From: an uncultured Nitrososphaerota archaeon
GTDB lineage: Archaea > Thermoproteota > EX4484-205 > JAAOZP01
Length of the DNA stretch: 64,000 nt
Assembly (NCBI GenBank): GCA_964635675.1
Contig: CAZWPT010000045.1
Span: forward strand, 79,691-143,690
Direction: 5' to 3'
Part shown: positions 27,824 to 37,646 of the stretch, one piece after another
How positions within the stretch are numbered: position 1 is the stretch's first letter
How the letters are laid out: every line of letters begins with the position of its first letter
Notes under the pieces: generated by a model
What the model saw: the letters and a program-made list of their open reading frames with translations, nothing else
Database searches by the model: none
Told to the model about the DNA's origin: nothing
Made by a program: the position numbers and the translations under genes

Positions 27824-30317
27824 GCTCCTGCAAATATTCTTTTTCAAGCTTCTCCAGTATTACGGGCCGTTGAGGAGAAGCCTTTCAGTAAAGTTTTCCA
27901 CAATCATGTTTTACTTCATCATAGTTTTCTCATCACTTTTCAGCGGGTTTTTCATAAGAGTGTTCTACGGTTTCTCCGGGATGAGTGAGAAGGAGCTTGT
28001 TAACATAGTTTCAATAACTTTTTCAAGCGTGATAGCCATGGGTGTTTTCCTAGGCCTCAAAGGCGGGATAACGGCGCTTGAACCGGAAATAGATTTCGTC
28101 TTAACATCCCCCATTAAGCCGTCGACGTACCTTGTGGCAGACCTGCTTTTCCAATTCTTCTTCCTAAACTTCGCAGTCACACCGCCGCTGGTTTCCTTCA
28201 TGGCTGTAATGCTCCATCCTCGCTTAAACATTCTGCCGGCTGTCTTCCTATCCTATGAAACCATGCTTTTCGCCTCTTCCATAATAGCCCAGACGCTGGG
28301 GATTCTGAAGAGCATTATGAAGGATGTTGAAGTGGAGGCTGTGGGATGGACTATCCTCATGATACTCTTCACGCCCCTGATAAGCATGGTCATGGGGCTC
28401 GGGCTGAACTACTCTGACCTGCCTTATCCTTCAACACTGCTGGCTAAATGCTCCCTCGGCTCTATAGGAAGCTTGGAAAGCATCATAGGGTTGGCCTACA
28501 TGGTTTTGATTGCCGGCGGCTATTTTTCTGTGATGAGGATTAATTTCCTTCCGAACGTTACCCCCCTGCTAACCACGGCATTAATGGAGATGCCTTCAAG
28601 CAGCCGGAGAATACTCAGATGGGTGCCGAGACTATTTACACAGATACTTTCGCCTAAAATGAGTGAGAAACCAATGGCTCTAGTCGTTAAGCTGAATCTC
28701 CTGAGAATACTGAGGGACGGCAGTCTTTTCACAGCCATCATGCTTTTCGCAATCGCCACAGTATCCAATTTAAGCTTCCCGATTCTAGTCAGGCAGTTTA
28801 GATTCTTCGCTCTGGCAGCCTTAACCTTCAGCATACTCTACACGCCTCTAATCCCAGCGATCTTCTCGATAAACTGGGGTATAATAGAGCGTGAAACCCT
28901 TTGGACGGTGGCGGTCTCGGAAAAAGGGTTCCGGAGATACGTGAAGGGCATGCTTACGGCATACTTTATAGCAACCTTTAGCTTCGCCCTTGTTTTCTAC
29001 AGTATTTTCAGCATTCTTTTGGCTGGAACACCTTTCCTAGTGCTGGATTTCCTGCTCCTGTTGTCTGTGACGCTCTTCTCATCCATACTTTCAGTAGCTA
29101 CAGCACTAGTTTTAAGCAAGCCTTCCAACGCGCTTTCCCTCAGCGCACTACTATACGTTTTCATACCGTTGTTCGGAGCAGTATTCCTCTCAATGCCCGC
29201 AATAATTGCGAGAACCACGATCAGCATTGCAGACACGCCCCCGCCCACGATAATCCTCATACTGGTCTCCTACACGATCCTAATCGCCTTCCTGCTGGCT
29301 AAGTACACGCTCGCAAAGTCAGGAACGTTCTTCAGCCAGGCTCCTGTTGAGAAAGCTTCTCCGCCACCACCTCCGGAACTCCGAGCACAATACCGCGTAG
29401 ATTACAGGAATTACTTGTTGAACTTTTCGACACTGGCTTCGTCAATACTTCTTGTTGTAAGCCTGATCGGGCTATTTCTCGGAAAACCTGAAGCGGTTTC
29501 ACCCGGCAAGTCCGACTTGGAAAGATTGGTGTACGGCCCAGCCTTAGCGGGGTTAACAAGCCTAGTGCTTGCGACATCAATCCTTCTCCAGATGAAGACA
29601 GCAAACCAGGCTGGTGAGAAAGCCTTGTACGAGGCTCCTCGCAACGTGCCCTGGAGAGCGTCACAGTCCTTCCTCATGCTGGTTCTAGCAATGTTTCTCC
29701 CGGCTGTCTTAGAACTACCCTTTCTAGCATTCTCTCTTTCAAAAGGCTTGAGCATTGATGATTTATCACTGCTCGTAATAGGAGAGGCTGCGATGATAAT
29801 TCCCGTGCTGCTCTACATGGTTAGCAAGAAGATAAGTTTAGCATTCCTCGGATTAGACTCGCAGAGCGCCCTGCAGGAGTATAAAGTAGCGCTGCTGATC
29901 CTGCCTTTAACCGTGTTAACAGGTATTTCAGCCGGAGTGATCGTTGAGACTCTAATACCGGTTCCACCATGGTTTGAAGAGTTTTTTCAAATACTCTCGC
30001 CCTCCTCGTTCACAGAACTAGTTACGCTCTCTATAATCACGATTCTCGTCGTCGCTCCTTGCGAGGAAGTCTTGTTCAGAGGATTTATACAGCGGGGCTT
30101 GGAGTCGAGCCTTGGAAGCAGGGGAGGAATACTGTTGTCGTCACTCCTTTTCGGGGTTTTCCATCTGAACCCCTGGCAATTTCTTCCTGCTTTCCTACTT
30201 GGAGCTATACTCGGATACGTTTCCAAGAAAAGAGGCTACAGGCTATGGTGCCCAATAGCGCTGCACGCCTCCTACAACGTTGCACTATTCGTCTTAAACT
30301 ATGTTTTAAGCGTCTAG
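27795..30317 (+). CDS. large polytopic membrane protein: an ABC-2-type permease-like N-terminal region fused to a C-terminal CPBP-family (CAAX/Abi) intramembrane protease domain
   Basis: The gene overlaps the ABC ATPase gene, or starts shortly after it if the true start is the ATG at 27906. About 650 aa of hydrophobic helices come first. An intact CPBP motif set follows: EEVLFR, FGVFH and HASYN. Confidence 0.7.
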   Translation: MGGRGVEGSRLLQIFFFKLLQYYGPLRRSLSVKFSTIMFYFIIVFSSLFSGFFIRVFYGFSGMSEKELVNIVSITFSSVIAMGVFLGLKGGITALEPEIDFVLTSPIKPSTYLVADLLFQFFFLNFAVTPPLVSFMAVMLHPRLNILPAVFLSYETMLFASSIIAQTLGILKSIMKDVEVEAVGWTILMILFTPLISMVMGLGLNYSDLPYPSTLLAKCSLGSIGSLESIIGLAYMVLIAGGYFSVMRINFLPNVTPLLTTALMEMPSSSRRILRWVPRLFTQILSPKMSEKPMALVVKLNLLRILRDGSLFTAIMLFAIATVSNLSFPILVRQFRFFALAALTFSILYTPLIPAIFSINWGIIERETLWTVAVSEKGFRRYVKGMLTAYFIATFSFALVFYSIFSILLAGTPFLVLDFLLLLSVTLFSSILSVATALVLSKPSNALSLSALLYVFIPLFGAVFLSMPAIIARTTISIADTPPPTIILILVSYTILIAFLLAKYTLAKSGTFFSQAPVEKASPPPPPELRAQYRVDYRNYLLNFSTLASSILLVVSLIGLFLGKPEAVSPGKSDLERLVYGPALAGLTSLVLATSILLQMKTANQAGEKALYEAPRNVPWRASQSFLMLVLAMFLPAVLELPFLAFSLSKGLSIDDLSLLVIGEAAMIIPVLLYMVSKKISLAFLGLDSQSALQEYKVALLILPLTVLTGISAGVIVETLIPVPPWFEEFFQILSPSSFTELVTLSIITILVVAPCEEVLFRGFIQRGLESSLGSRGGILLSSLLFGVFHLNPWQFLPAFLLGAILGYVSKKRGYRLWCPIALHASYNVALFVLNYVLSV

Positions 30318-30392
30318 CCTAAGCTTCAAACCGGATGGTCTTCAACGCCCGATTAGTTTAAAAAGAACTGGAAGCGCTTGCCCGGCGGGAAA

Positions 30393-30572
30393 TCATCCTG
30401 CTACTGGTTCAAAAAGATCCTTGCCTGCTCCGCAAACCGGGCAAACCCATTCCTCAGGAAGCTTTTCGAAAGGTGTTCCCGGTGGGACCCCGGAGTCAGG
30501 ATCCCCTTCAGAAGGATCGTAAACATATCCGCATACAGTGCACCTGTATTTTTGCGAAGCACCTGTCGCCAT
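30393..30572 (-). CDS. rubredoxin
   Basis: The manual reverse-strand translation is [59 protein letters not shown] (59 aa). It carries both CxxCG knuckles and the aromatic core. The ORF track missed it because it falls below the 60-aa cutoff. Confidence 0.85.
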   Translation of the reverse strand: MATGASQKYRCTVCGYVYDPSEGDPDSGVPPGTPFEKLPEEWVCPVCGAGKDLFEPVAG

Positions 30573-30715
30573 TGCAGGCTTCTAATTCACCCGGATTTCT
30601 TATTTAAACCTTGCGAGGTGATATTCAAAATGTTTCACGATATTGAGATGTGTCGAGAGGGTTGAGGCTGGTTTCGCGAGATATGTTTTTATACAGCTCT
30701 CCTGAAGCTGGAGAC

Positions 30716-31954
30716 ATGGTTCAACTAGCCTTAAAGGGAGGTAGACCAGTCAGGGATAAGCCATTTCCGAAATGGCCCGTCTTCGATGAAAGGGAGCTTG
30801 AGGCTTTGAAAAAAGTTTTGGAAAGCGGCGTGTGGGGCATAGGTGGACAATACGTTAAGCAGCTCGAGGAGAAATTCGCAGCATACCAGCATGCGAAGTA
30901 CGGGGTTGCTGTTACCAGTGGCACAACCGCTCTCGAAATATCTCTCAGGGCATGTGGAGTAGGCTGCGGGAGCGAGGTTATAACAACCCCCTACACTTTC
31001 ATGGCTACTGCAACAGCAATCCTTTACGTTAACGCCATACCGGTCTTCGTCGACATTGAGCCGGATACTTTCAACATTGACCCGCGGAGAATAGAGGAGG
31101 CTGTAACTGAAAAAACAAAGGCAATCCTTCCCGTCCACATAGGAGGCAGGCCGGCTAACATGGATGAGATCATGAGGATAGCGGAGAAGCATGATCTGCG
31201 TGTTGTTGAAGACGCGTGTCAAGCCTGGGGCGCAGAGTGGAGGGGAAGGAGAACAGGGAGCTTCGGCGACTTCGGATGCTTCAGCTTCCAGTCGAGCAAG
31301 AACATTACCAGCGGGGAAGGAGGAATCACGGTAACAAGTGACCAAGAGCTATACGTCAAGGCTTGGAGCCTGCATAACTGCGGCCGCCTCCCTCAGGGAG
31401 CATGGTATGAGCATTATCTTCCCGGTGTCAACTATCGCATGACTGAGTTTCAGGCTGCACTACTGCTCGTTCAACTCGAGAGGCTTGACGAGCATACGAG
31501 GAGACGAATGGATAACGCGAGCTATCTCAATAGCAAGCTCTCTAAAATAGATGGTTTAAAGCCTCTTAAGAATGATGAGAGGATCACCAGGCATGCTTGG
31601 CACCTCTACATATTCAGGTATGACCCGGAGGCCTTCGGAGGAGTATCCAAGGCTGGTTTCGCCGAGGCGATGAAGGCTGAGGGAATACCTGTAAGCGTAG
31701 GGTATTCTAAGCCGCTTTACAGGGAGCCGTACCTCGAATATTTCCAAAAGTGCCCACTGTCCTGCGCATACTACGGTGATTCAATGGATTACTCTAAGCT
31801 AAGTCTGCCTGTGGCGGAGAAGGCTTGTTACGAGGAGGGCTTATGGCTACCGCAGAACGTGCTGCTCGGCTCCAAGGAGGATATGGATGACATTATAGCA
31901 GCGTTTGAGAAGGTTAGAGAGAACGCAGACGAGTTGGGCTCGACATCTAAGTAG
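30716..31954 (+). CDS. DegT/DnrJ/EryC1/StrS-family PLP-dependent sugar aminotransferase
   Basis: GTTALEISL, DACQAWG and FSFQSSKNITSGEGG (the PLP lysine) are present. The ORF in the track starts at 30650. The family-typical start MVQLALKGG is at 30716. Confidence 0.85.
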   Translation: MVQLALKGGRPVRDKPFPKWPVFDERELEALKKVLESGVWGIGGQYVKQLEEKFAAYQHAKYGVAVTSGTTALEISLRACGVGCGSEVITTPYTFMATATAILYVNAIPVFVDIEPDTFNIDPRRIEEAVTEKTKAILPVHIGGRPANMDEIMRIAEKHDLRVVEDACQAWGAEWRGRRTGSFGDFGCFSFQSSKNITSGEGGITVTSDQELYVKAWSLHNCGRLPQGAWYEHYLPGVNYRMTEFQAALLLVQLERLDEHTRRRMDNASYLNSKLSKIDGLKPLKNDERITRHAWHLYIFRYDPEAFGGVSKAGFAEAMKAEGIPVSVGYSKPLYREPYLEYFQKCPLSCAYYGDSMDYSKLSLPVAEKACYEEGLWLPQNVLLGSKEDMDDIIAAFEKVRENADELGSTSK

Positions 31955-31970
31955 CAGGTTACTGCCGCAG

Positions 31971-31979
31971 CTTTTTTCC
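31971..31979 (+). terminator. oligo-T tract downstream of the DegT gene (candidate archaeal terminator)
   Basis: cttttttcc lies 17 nt after the stop codon and is preceded by a short GC palindrome (ctgccgcag). Confidence 0.25.
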
Positions 31980-32162
31980 AAAGCGTTCGTAAGAATGGGA
32001 AGAACCGGATTATAGTTGGAAACCAAGTGGTTGACAGCATTAAACGGTGGTTACAGTTAATCGCAATCATTTATCCGCTGCAAAACAATCTGAAGCACGC
32101 TATTTAATGGGATGAAAAACGTGAAAGTTAATATATACCTTGAAACGCTTTCTTAGACAGCA

Positions 32163-32549
32163 ATGAGTGGAAAAGGAATTCCCCAGTCGAAACTGATAGG
32201 TATGCAGGTTTATGATCCTGATTGTCTCTTCATCGGAACGGTGAAGGAAATAGGCATAGTCCCGGGCGAAGGAACCATAACACTTTATATTTCTACGAAA
32301 GCCGGGAGCACGATTGAGGTAGAATGGGGCGATGTGAAGACAGTTGGAGACATTATTCTGCTTTCTAAAAAGGTCGAGATACCTCAGCCGACTGTAGCTG
32401 CTGCCCCAGCGGCACAACCGGCTCCAGCCGCTGCGGCTCCTACGGCAGGTCAACCGCCGGCACCACTATGCCCAAAGTGTGGAAAGCCCGGGACATGGAT
32501 ACCGCAGTACAAGAGGTACTACTGTTACAACTGTAAACAATACATCTGA
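32163..32549 (+). CDS. PRC-barrel domain protein with an Ala/Pro-rich linker and a C-terminal zinc ribbon
   Basis: The N-terminal PRC-barrel-like core is LIGMQVYDPDCLFIGTVKEIGIV. The C-terminus is CPKCG ... CYNC. Confidence 0.55.
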   Translation: MSGKGIPQSKLIGMQVYDPDCLFIGTVKEIGIVPGEGTITLYISTKAGSTIEVEWGDVKTVGDIILLSKKVEIPQPTVAAAPAAQPAPAAAAPTAGQPPAPLCPKCGKPGTWIPQYKRYYCYNCKQYI

Positions 32550-32622
32550 GCAAACACCTCTGGCTTTTTTTAATTCATTGGGAAGCCTAGTTGACATGCT
32601 ATCTAGGCTGTGACAGTGTAAA

Positions 32623-33933
32623 CTACTTAATCATGAACGATTCCACTACTTGCTTCAACACCCTGTAGCAGAATACTAGATTCTCTATGGAGATCCTTTC
32701 ATTATCCCCGTGCACCATTCTAGACCAATCATAATAGTTCCCCTCAACCATTAAAGGCTGAAAGCCGTATGCAGGTATGCCCATTTTCCTGAAGTATCGT
32801 GAATCAGTCCCACCTGTCATCGTAGTCGGTTCAAGCCTAGCGCCGGGAACCAGTTTTAAGAGAGAACTCTCAATAGCCCTGTATAAGGGAGTGTCAACCG
32901 GGGAGACAGTGGGCTCCGACTCCTGTATGAACTCCAACTCGTATTCGAGGCCCTGGAACAAATCCCTAATCATCCTTTTCACACGCTCCGTAGAGTAGCC
33001 CGGGGGGACTCTGCAGTCGACTGTTAGCGTACACTCGTATGGAACAACGTTCTCCTTAACGCCTCCCTGTATCACTGTAGGCGTCATCGTAACCCGAAGC
33101 ATTGATTTCGCAGACTCCCCCAATCCCTTATCGGTTTCAGCCAACCCATCTAGGAGAATATCAATATTGTTAATGCTGACCTCTTCATCAGCTAGCCCCA
33201 TCATTTTCAACAGGGATTCAACATGCCTCCAAGAAGGCTCAACCCTCTCGCTGGCCCCCTTGAATTCTGAAACCCTGTTAAGCAGGGGGCGCATCCTATC
33301 TATAGCGTTCACCCCTAGCCCGGGTACTGAGCCATGGGCGGGAGAACCCTTTGTGTGAACACGGTACCAAAAGACCCCTCTTTCAGCAGTCTGGATGTCG
33401 AACAGCCATCCCTTCTTGGTGAGTATCCCCTCTCCCCCGCCCTCGTTGATGACGTAGTCAGCAATAATTTTTTCCCTAGATTTTTCAAGCATTGTTTTTA
33501 TTCCGGAACCCCCCTTTTCCTCGTCAGCGGTTGCTGCAAGAACGAGGTCGCCCTTCAACTCTCTGTCCGCCATCTCGCTGAAAACCACTGTTTCTACTGC
33601 AACCATGCTCTTCATGTCTAACGCCCCCCTCCCCCAGACATACCCGCCTTTAACGGCGCCGGAGAAAGGAGAAACCTTCCACCTAGAAGGGTCGGCTGGA
33701 ACAACGTCGGTATGTGAAAGCAGCAGTAGCGAAGGCCCTTCGCCGGAGCCCTTTATCCGGGAGATCAAGTTTCCCCTTCCTTTCTCGTAATCTATGATTT
33801 CTGACTTAATCCCTCTCTCCCAGAGCCAGTCTTTAAGTAGGCCTGCGGCATTGCTCTCGTTGCCAGGAGGATTACTCGTGTCAGCCTGTATCAGATTTGA
33901 AAGCAACTTAACAAGCTCGTCTATCATGCTCAT
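32623..33933 (-). CDS. M20-family metallopeptidase (ArgE/DapE/carboxypeptidase G2-like)
   Basis: SHTDVVP, GRGALDMKS and ADEEKGG are the metal-ligand motifs. Confidence 0.85.
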   Translation of the reverse strand: MSMIDELVKLLSNLIQADTSNPPGNESNAAGLLKDWLWERGIKSEIIDYEKGRGNLISRIKGSGEGPSLLLLSHTDVVPADPSRWKVSPFSGAVKGGYVWGRGALDMKSMVAVETVVFSEMADRELKGDLVLAATADEEKGGSGIKTMLEKSREKIIADYVINEGGGEGILTKKGWLFDIQTAERGVFWYRVHTKGSPAHGSVPGLGVNAIDRMRPLLNRVSEFKGASERVEPSWRHVESLLKMMGLADEEVSINNIDILLDGLAETDKGLGESAKSMLRVTMTPTVIQGGVKENVVPYECTLTVDCRVPPGYSTERVKRMIRDLFQGLEYELEFIQESEPTVSPVDTPLYRAIESSLLKLVPGARLEPTTMTGGTDSRYFRKMGIPAYGFQPLMVEGNYYDWSRMVHGDNERISIENLVFCYRVLKQVVESFMIK

Positions 33934-34040
33934 GCCTATGACGGCTAAAAACAGATGGATAAAGTTTTCCTCACGAAGCGGGGCATCGGCTAGATTAAAG
34001 CATTAATAATCTTAATCAAGCCTCGTGCTCTCGCAGCCGG

Positions 34041-34946
34041 TTAAAACTTAACACCGGTTTTGGCTGATGTTTTGACGATTAGCCAGCACCCAGCCAAAGT
34101 TAAGATTGAGAAGAAGATTTTATGGGGCGGCATCTCCTCTTGGAATACGGCGACCGAAAGTATGCCGGTGAATACTGGTAGAAGGATCTGAAGGTTTACA
34201 GGCAGGGATGCGCCGAGCCTCTGGATAGCGTAGTAATTTAGGAAGTTGGCGAAACCTATTGCAAGGATGCCTGAGGCGATTAACAGTAGGTTTACTGTCA
34301 ATCCTGCGTTGAAGACCTCATACATCCCCCCGGTCAACATGGATAGAGGCAGATACATGATTCCGGAGAAAAGGAAGATGTTGACTGTTGCTGAAAGCGG
34401 GTCCGAATTTCTGAGGACAATCTTAACGGAAACCGTGTAAACAGCCCAAAGGATCGAGGCCAACAACAGGAAAACAACACCGGCTAAAAATGATTCCTTG
34501 TAGTAGAAGAGACTAGACCCCGTGACGACAACCCCTGAAACCCCTAGGAAAGACATTAACGTTCCAGCTATGAAGCCCCTGCTCGAAATCGCAACTCTCT
34601 CCTCCGGAAACAGGAAGAAGGACATGATGTCGACGAAGATTATACTGAGCCTCGTTATCAATGCGCCTATTGTTGGCGTTGTAAAAACTAACCCATAGAC
34701 CATGAAAATCTGGAACATGAAAACGGTGGTAACAGGCATTGAAAGCTTCTTCAGATTTTTAAAGGATTTTAAATAGTTATCCTTGTTTAAAAACAGTGAT
34801 AGAAACAGCAATACTACGGCGGCTGAAACATACCTGAACAGGTTTTGCGTATAGTTGTCGAAGAATAGGCTAAGATAGGTTACAAATATGTTTCCTAAAG
34901 CCCAGAGGAGAATCGCGAAGAGCTCCGCGAACACAGCTGTTTTCAT
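34041..34946 (-). CDS. DMT-superfamily (EamA-like) transporter
   Basis: The topology is 10-TM, built from two EamA-like 5-helix repeats. Confidence 0.7.
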   Translation of the reverse strand: MKTAVFAELFAILLWALGNIFVTYLSLFFDNYTQNLFRYVSAAVVLLFLSLFLNKDNYLKSFKNLKKLSMPVTTVFMFQIFMVYGLVFTTPTIGALITRLSIIFVDIMSFFLFPEERVAISSRGFIAGTLMSFLGVSGVVVTGSSLFYYKESFLAGVVFLLLASILWAVYTVSVKIVLRNSDPLSATVNIFLFSGIMYLPLSMLTGGMYEVFNAGLTVNLLLIASGILAIGFANFLNYYAIQRLGASLPVNLQILLPVFTGILSVAVFQEEMPPHKIFFSILTLAGCWLIVKTSAKTGVKF

Positions 34947-35013
34947 ACGGCTACGCAGACCGTTAACGCCTAATTTAACGTTTATGCGTACGGCCGAACG
35001 GATCCTCTTAATG

Positions 35014-35979
35014 CTATTTGATTAAAGCATTAACTATTTTAAGCCACACTTCAGCCGTATTATTGGGATTATACCCTCCGCCGCCCAGTATGATTAGGGG
35101 ACGCATGCCGGATTTGCTTGACAACTCCTTAAGGAATGAAACCATTTGAAGATGAGCAGAGGCACTCAGCTTCAGGTGCGTGATCGGGTCGCCGGCTATG
35201 CTGTCAGCACCAGCTTGGAAAATCGTCAGCTCGAAGGATTTTTGAGATACGAACTGCTTCGCCTTCTCCATTTTTTCCTCGAAATCTCTATCGGTCGCCC
35301 ATGGTTTTAAGGGTATATTTAGCTTCGTCCCAATTGCTTCCCCTCCTCCCGTCTCGCCTTCAAAACCGGTTCCGGGATAAAGATACCTGCCACTTTCATG
35401 GAAGTCAACTATATACAGGTCTGGATCATAATAATAATCGTACATCACTCCGTCGCCGTGGTGAGCATCCAAGTCTACGTAAAGTATTTTCCTCAAGCCG
35501 TATTCTCTCCTAGCCTTCTCGATCAAAACGCCAACATCGTTGAAAACACAGAACCCGGCCGCCTTGCCGCGCCTCGCGTGGTGTAGTCCCCCCATCGGAT
35601 TCATAGAGTATAAAGCGTCTCGCCTCATGACTGCTTCAAGCGCTTCAAGCGTAGAGCCGACTACAAGCGACGCCGCTTCGAAAACACCTGGGAAAGCAGG
35701 AGTATCCCCGTGGTCGAGAAGACCTTTGCCCTCTTCAGACATTTCCTCCACGAACTCTATGTACTTCCTGTCATGGTAGAGAGCTATCTCCTCCATCGTG
35801 GCCCTCCTAGGCTTAATCAGAAGGATCCGGGAGTCTGAAAGCAGCCCGGATGATTCTAGGGAGGTGAAGAAGGATTTAAGCCTGGCTGAATTCATCACGT
35901 GGCTTGGGCCGAAATCATAGGATAACAGTTCCTCCCCATAAACCAAGCCTAGGATCCTTTGCGGTCTGCCTAATGCCAT
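35014..35979 (-). CDS. histone-deacetylase-family protein (AcuC / acetylpolyamine amidohydrolase-like)
   Basis: DLDAHHGDGV and the surrounding HDAC-fold motifs are present. Confidence 0.85.
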   Translation of the reverse strand: MALGRPQRILGLVYGEELLSYDFGPSHVMNSARLKSFFTSLESSGLLSDSRILLIKPRRATMEEIALYHDRKYIEFVEEMSEEGKGLLDHGDTPAFPGVFEAASLVVGSTLEALEAVMRRDALYSMNPMGGLHHARRGKAAGFCVFNDVGVLIEKARREYGLRKILYVDLDAHHGDGVMYDYYYDPDLYIVDFHESGRYLYPGTGFEGETGGGEAIGTKLNIPLKPWATDRDFEEKMEKAKQFVSQKSFELTIFQAGADSIAGDPITHLKLSASAHLQMVSFLKELSSKSGMRPLIILGGGGYNPNNTAEVWLKIVNALIK

Positions 35980-36025
35980 GAGTTTACCGCTAATCCTTAG
36001 AATATTAATTTTTAGGCTTCTCGGG

Positions 36026-37549
36026 CTATCTTCCTTTCCAGAGCCCGGATGGCGCGATGTTCACGGAAATCGTTTTTATAACGGTCAACTCGTCTATACT
36101 GTATCCAAGCCCCTCTCTCCCCATTCCTGAGTCTTTAACCCCGCCGAAAGGAAAGTTCCCAACCCCGTGTGCAGGAGCATCGTTCACACTCACCGTGCCG
36201 ACTTGAAGAGTCTTAGCAACCCTCCACATGCTGTACAGGGAGCTCGTGAAAACCGCGGAGTCTAAACCCAGGTTGGACTTGTTCGCAATCTCTACGGCTT
36301 CACGCTCGCCACTGACCCTTATCACAGGCAAGACTGGGCCGAATGTCTCCTCCCAAGCGATCCTTGCTTCAAGCGGAACATGGTCTAGAAGCGTTGGCTC
36401 ATATATCAAACCGTGGTTTCTGCCTCCGACAAGTAAAACAGCATTCTTGCTCACAGCATCCTCAACGAGGCTGGCAACATTGTTCAAAGCCCTTTCATTT
36501 ATCAAAGGCCCTACCTGAACACCCTCCTCCCAAGGATAGCCGAACCTGATGCTTCTGAACCTCTCCTCAAGCTTCCCAACAAGCTCGTCTGCGACCTCCT
36601 CAACGACTAAAGCCCGGCTTATGGCGTCACATCGCTGGCCAGAGTTCTTCACAACCCCCAGTGTAATCTTCTCCGCAGCCAGCTCCAGGTCAGCATCCTT
36701 AAGCACTATCGCGGCGGCTTTTCCCCCGAGCTCTAAATGCAGTTTTTTCAAGCCTGCTTTAGCAGGGATCTTTGAACCAACCTCCGTGCTTCCTGTGAAG
36801 CTTACAGCTCTCACCCTCCGGTCCGAGACGAAAACGTCTCCAACCTCGCCTCCAGGCCCGGTTACAACGTTTAAAACACCGTCTGGAAGCCCAGCGGCCT
36901 GCAGAACCCTGGCTAGGAGGAGCCCAGTCACTGGGGTATCGCTAGCAGGCTTATGAACAACGCAGTTTCCAGAGGCGAGTGCAGGCGCAATCTTCGCAAC
37001 AGGGGAGAAAAGAGGGTAGTTGAAAGGCGTGATGGCGGCAACTATCCCAACCGGTTCCCTTAAAACTATTGCAAACTTGTTTTTAGTATCGTTAACCCAG
37101 TCTCCCGGAATGTATTCGCCATAGATCTTTCTAGCCTCCTCCAGCGTGAGCCTCATCCTCTCCATTGCGGCGTTAACCTCCGCCCTCGCGTACGCCAAGG
37201 GTTTGCCAGCCTCGGACACTAGGATGCTAACCAAATAATCCTCGTACTTCGCTAGTAGTCTTGAAGCTGCCTCCAGTATCTCTATCCTGTCTATTGCTGC
37301 AAGATTTCTTATTCTACTTCTCGATGAATCGGCTTCAGAAATGGCTTCCAGGGCCTCGTCCTTGCTTCCCAGCGGCGCCTCCGCTAAAACCCTTCTTGTT
37401 GACGGTGATTTAACACTGAAGTATCTCCCGTTTCTAGGCTTAACCCATTTCCCCCCTATGAAAAGCCTGAACCTCTTCAACCCGTCTTCCTCGTCGTAAA
37501 TATCTCTGAACTCGTCAGGCGGGATTATTTCGTCAAACATTCGAGTCAC
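36026..37549 (-). CDS. gapN: aldehyde dehydrogenase, non-phosphorylating glyceraldehyde-3-phosphate dehydrogenase (GAPN)-like
   Basis: ELGGKAAAIV and GQRCDAI (the catalytic Cys) are present. Extended similarity to Thermoproteus-type GAPN includes IPGDW, VVAAITPFNYPLF, AVSFTGSTEVG and GVGNFPFGG. Confidence 0.75.
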   Translation of the reverse strand: MTRMFDEIIPPDEFRDIYDEEDGLKRFRLFIGGKWVKPRNGRYFSVKSPSTRRVLAEAPLGSKDEALEAISEADSSRSRIRNLAAIDRIEILEAASRLLAKYEDYLVSILVSEAGKPLAYARAEVNAAMERMRLTLEEARKIYGEYIPGDWVNDTKNKFAIVLREPVGIVAAITPFNYPLFSPVAKIAPALASGNCVVHKPASDTPVTGLLLARVLQAAGLPDGVLNVVTGPGGEVGDVFVSDRRVRAVSFTGSTEVGSKIPAKAGLKKLHLELGGKAAAIVLKDADLELAAEKITLGVVKNSGQRCDAISRALVVEEVADELVGKLEERFRSIRFGYPWEEGVQVGPLINERALNNVASLVEDAVSKNAVLLVGGRNHGLIYEPTLLDHVPLEARIAWEETFGPVLPVIRVSGEREAVEIANKSNLGLDSAVFTSSLYSMWRVAKTLQVGTVSVNDAPAHGVGNFPFGGVKDSGMGREGLGYSIDELTVIKTISVNIAPSGLWKGR

Positions 37550-37646
37550 GAGACGTAAGCACTATAACAGGTTTATAAGGTTTCCCCGACATTTTCGCAG
37601 AATAGAGCGAAAAAGATATCTATAGGAGGAGCCTAACAAAACAGGG

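Noticed and set aside
30378-30665. 95-aa plus-strand ORF
   Set aside because: It is exactly antisense to the clear rubredoxin gene at 30393..30572 and has odd composition (Cys/Arg-rich, no motif). It is most likely non-coding.
30731-31345. 204-aa minus-strand ORF
   Set aside because: It is antisense to the DegT aminotransferase gene, which carries the PLP-lysine motif.
36228-36956. several 68-135-aa plus-strand ORFs
   Set aside because: They are antisense shadows inside the GAPN aldehyde dehydrogenase gene. They are Ser/Thr/Pro-rich and low in complexity.
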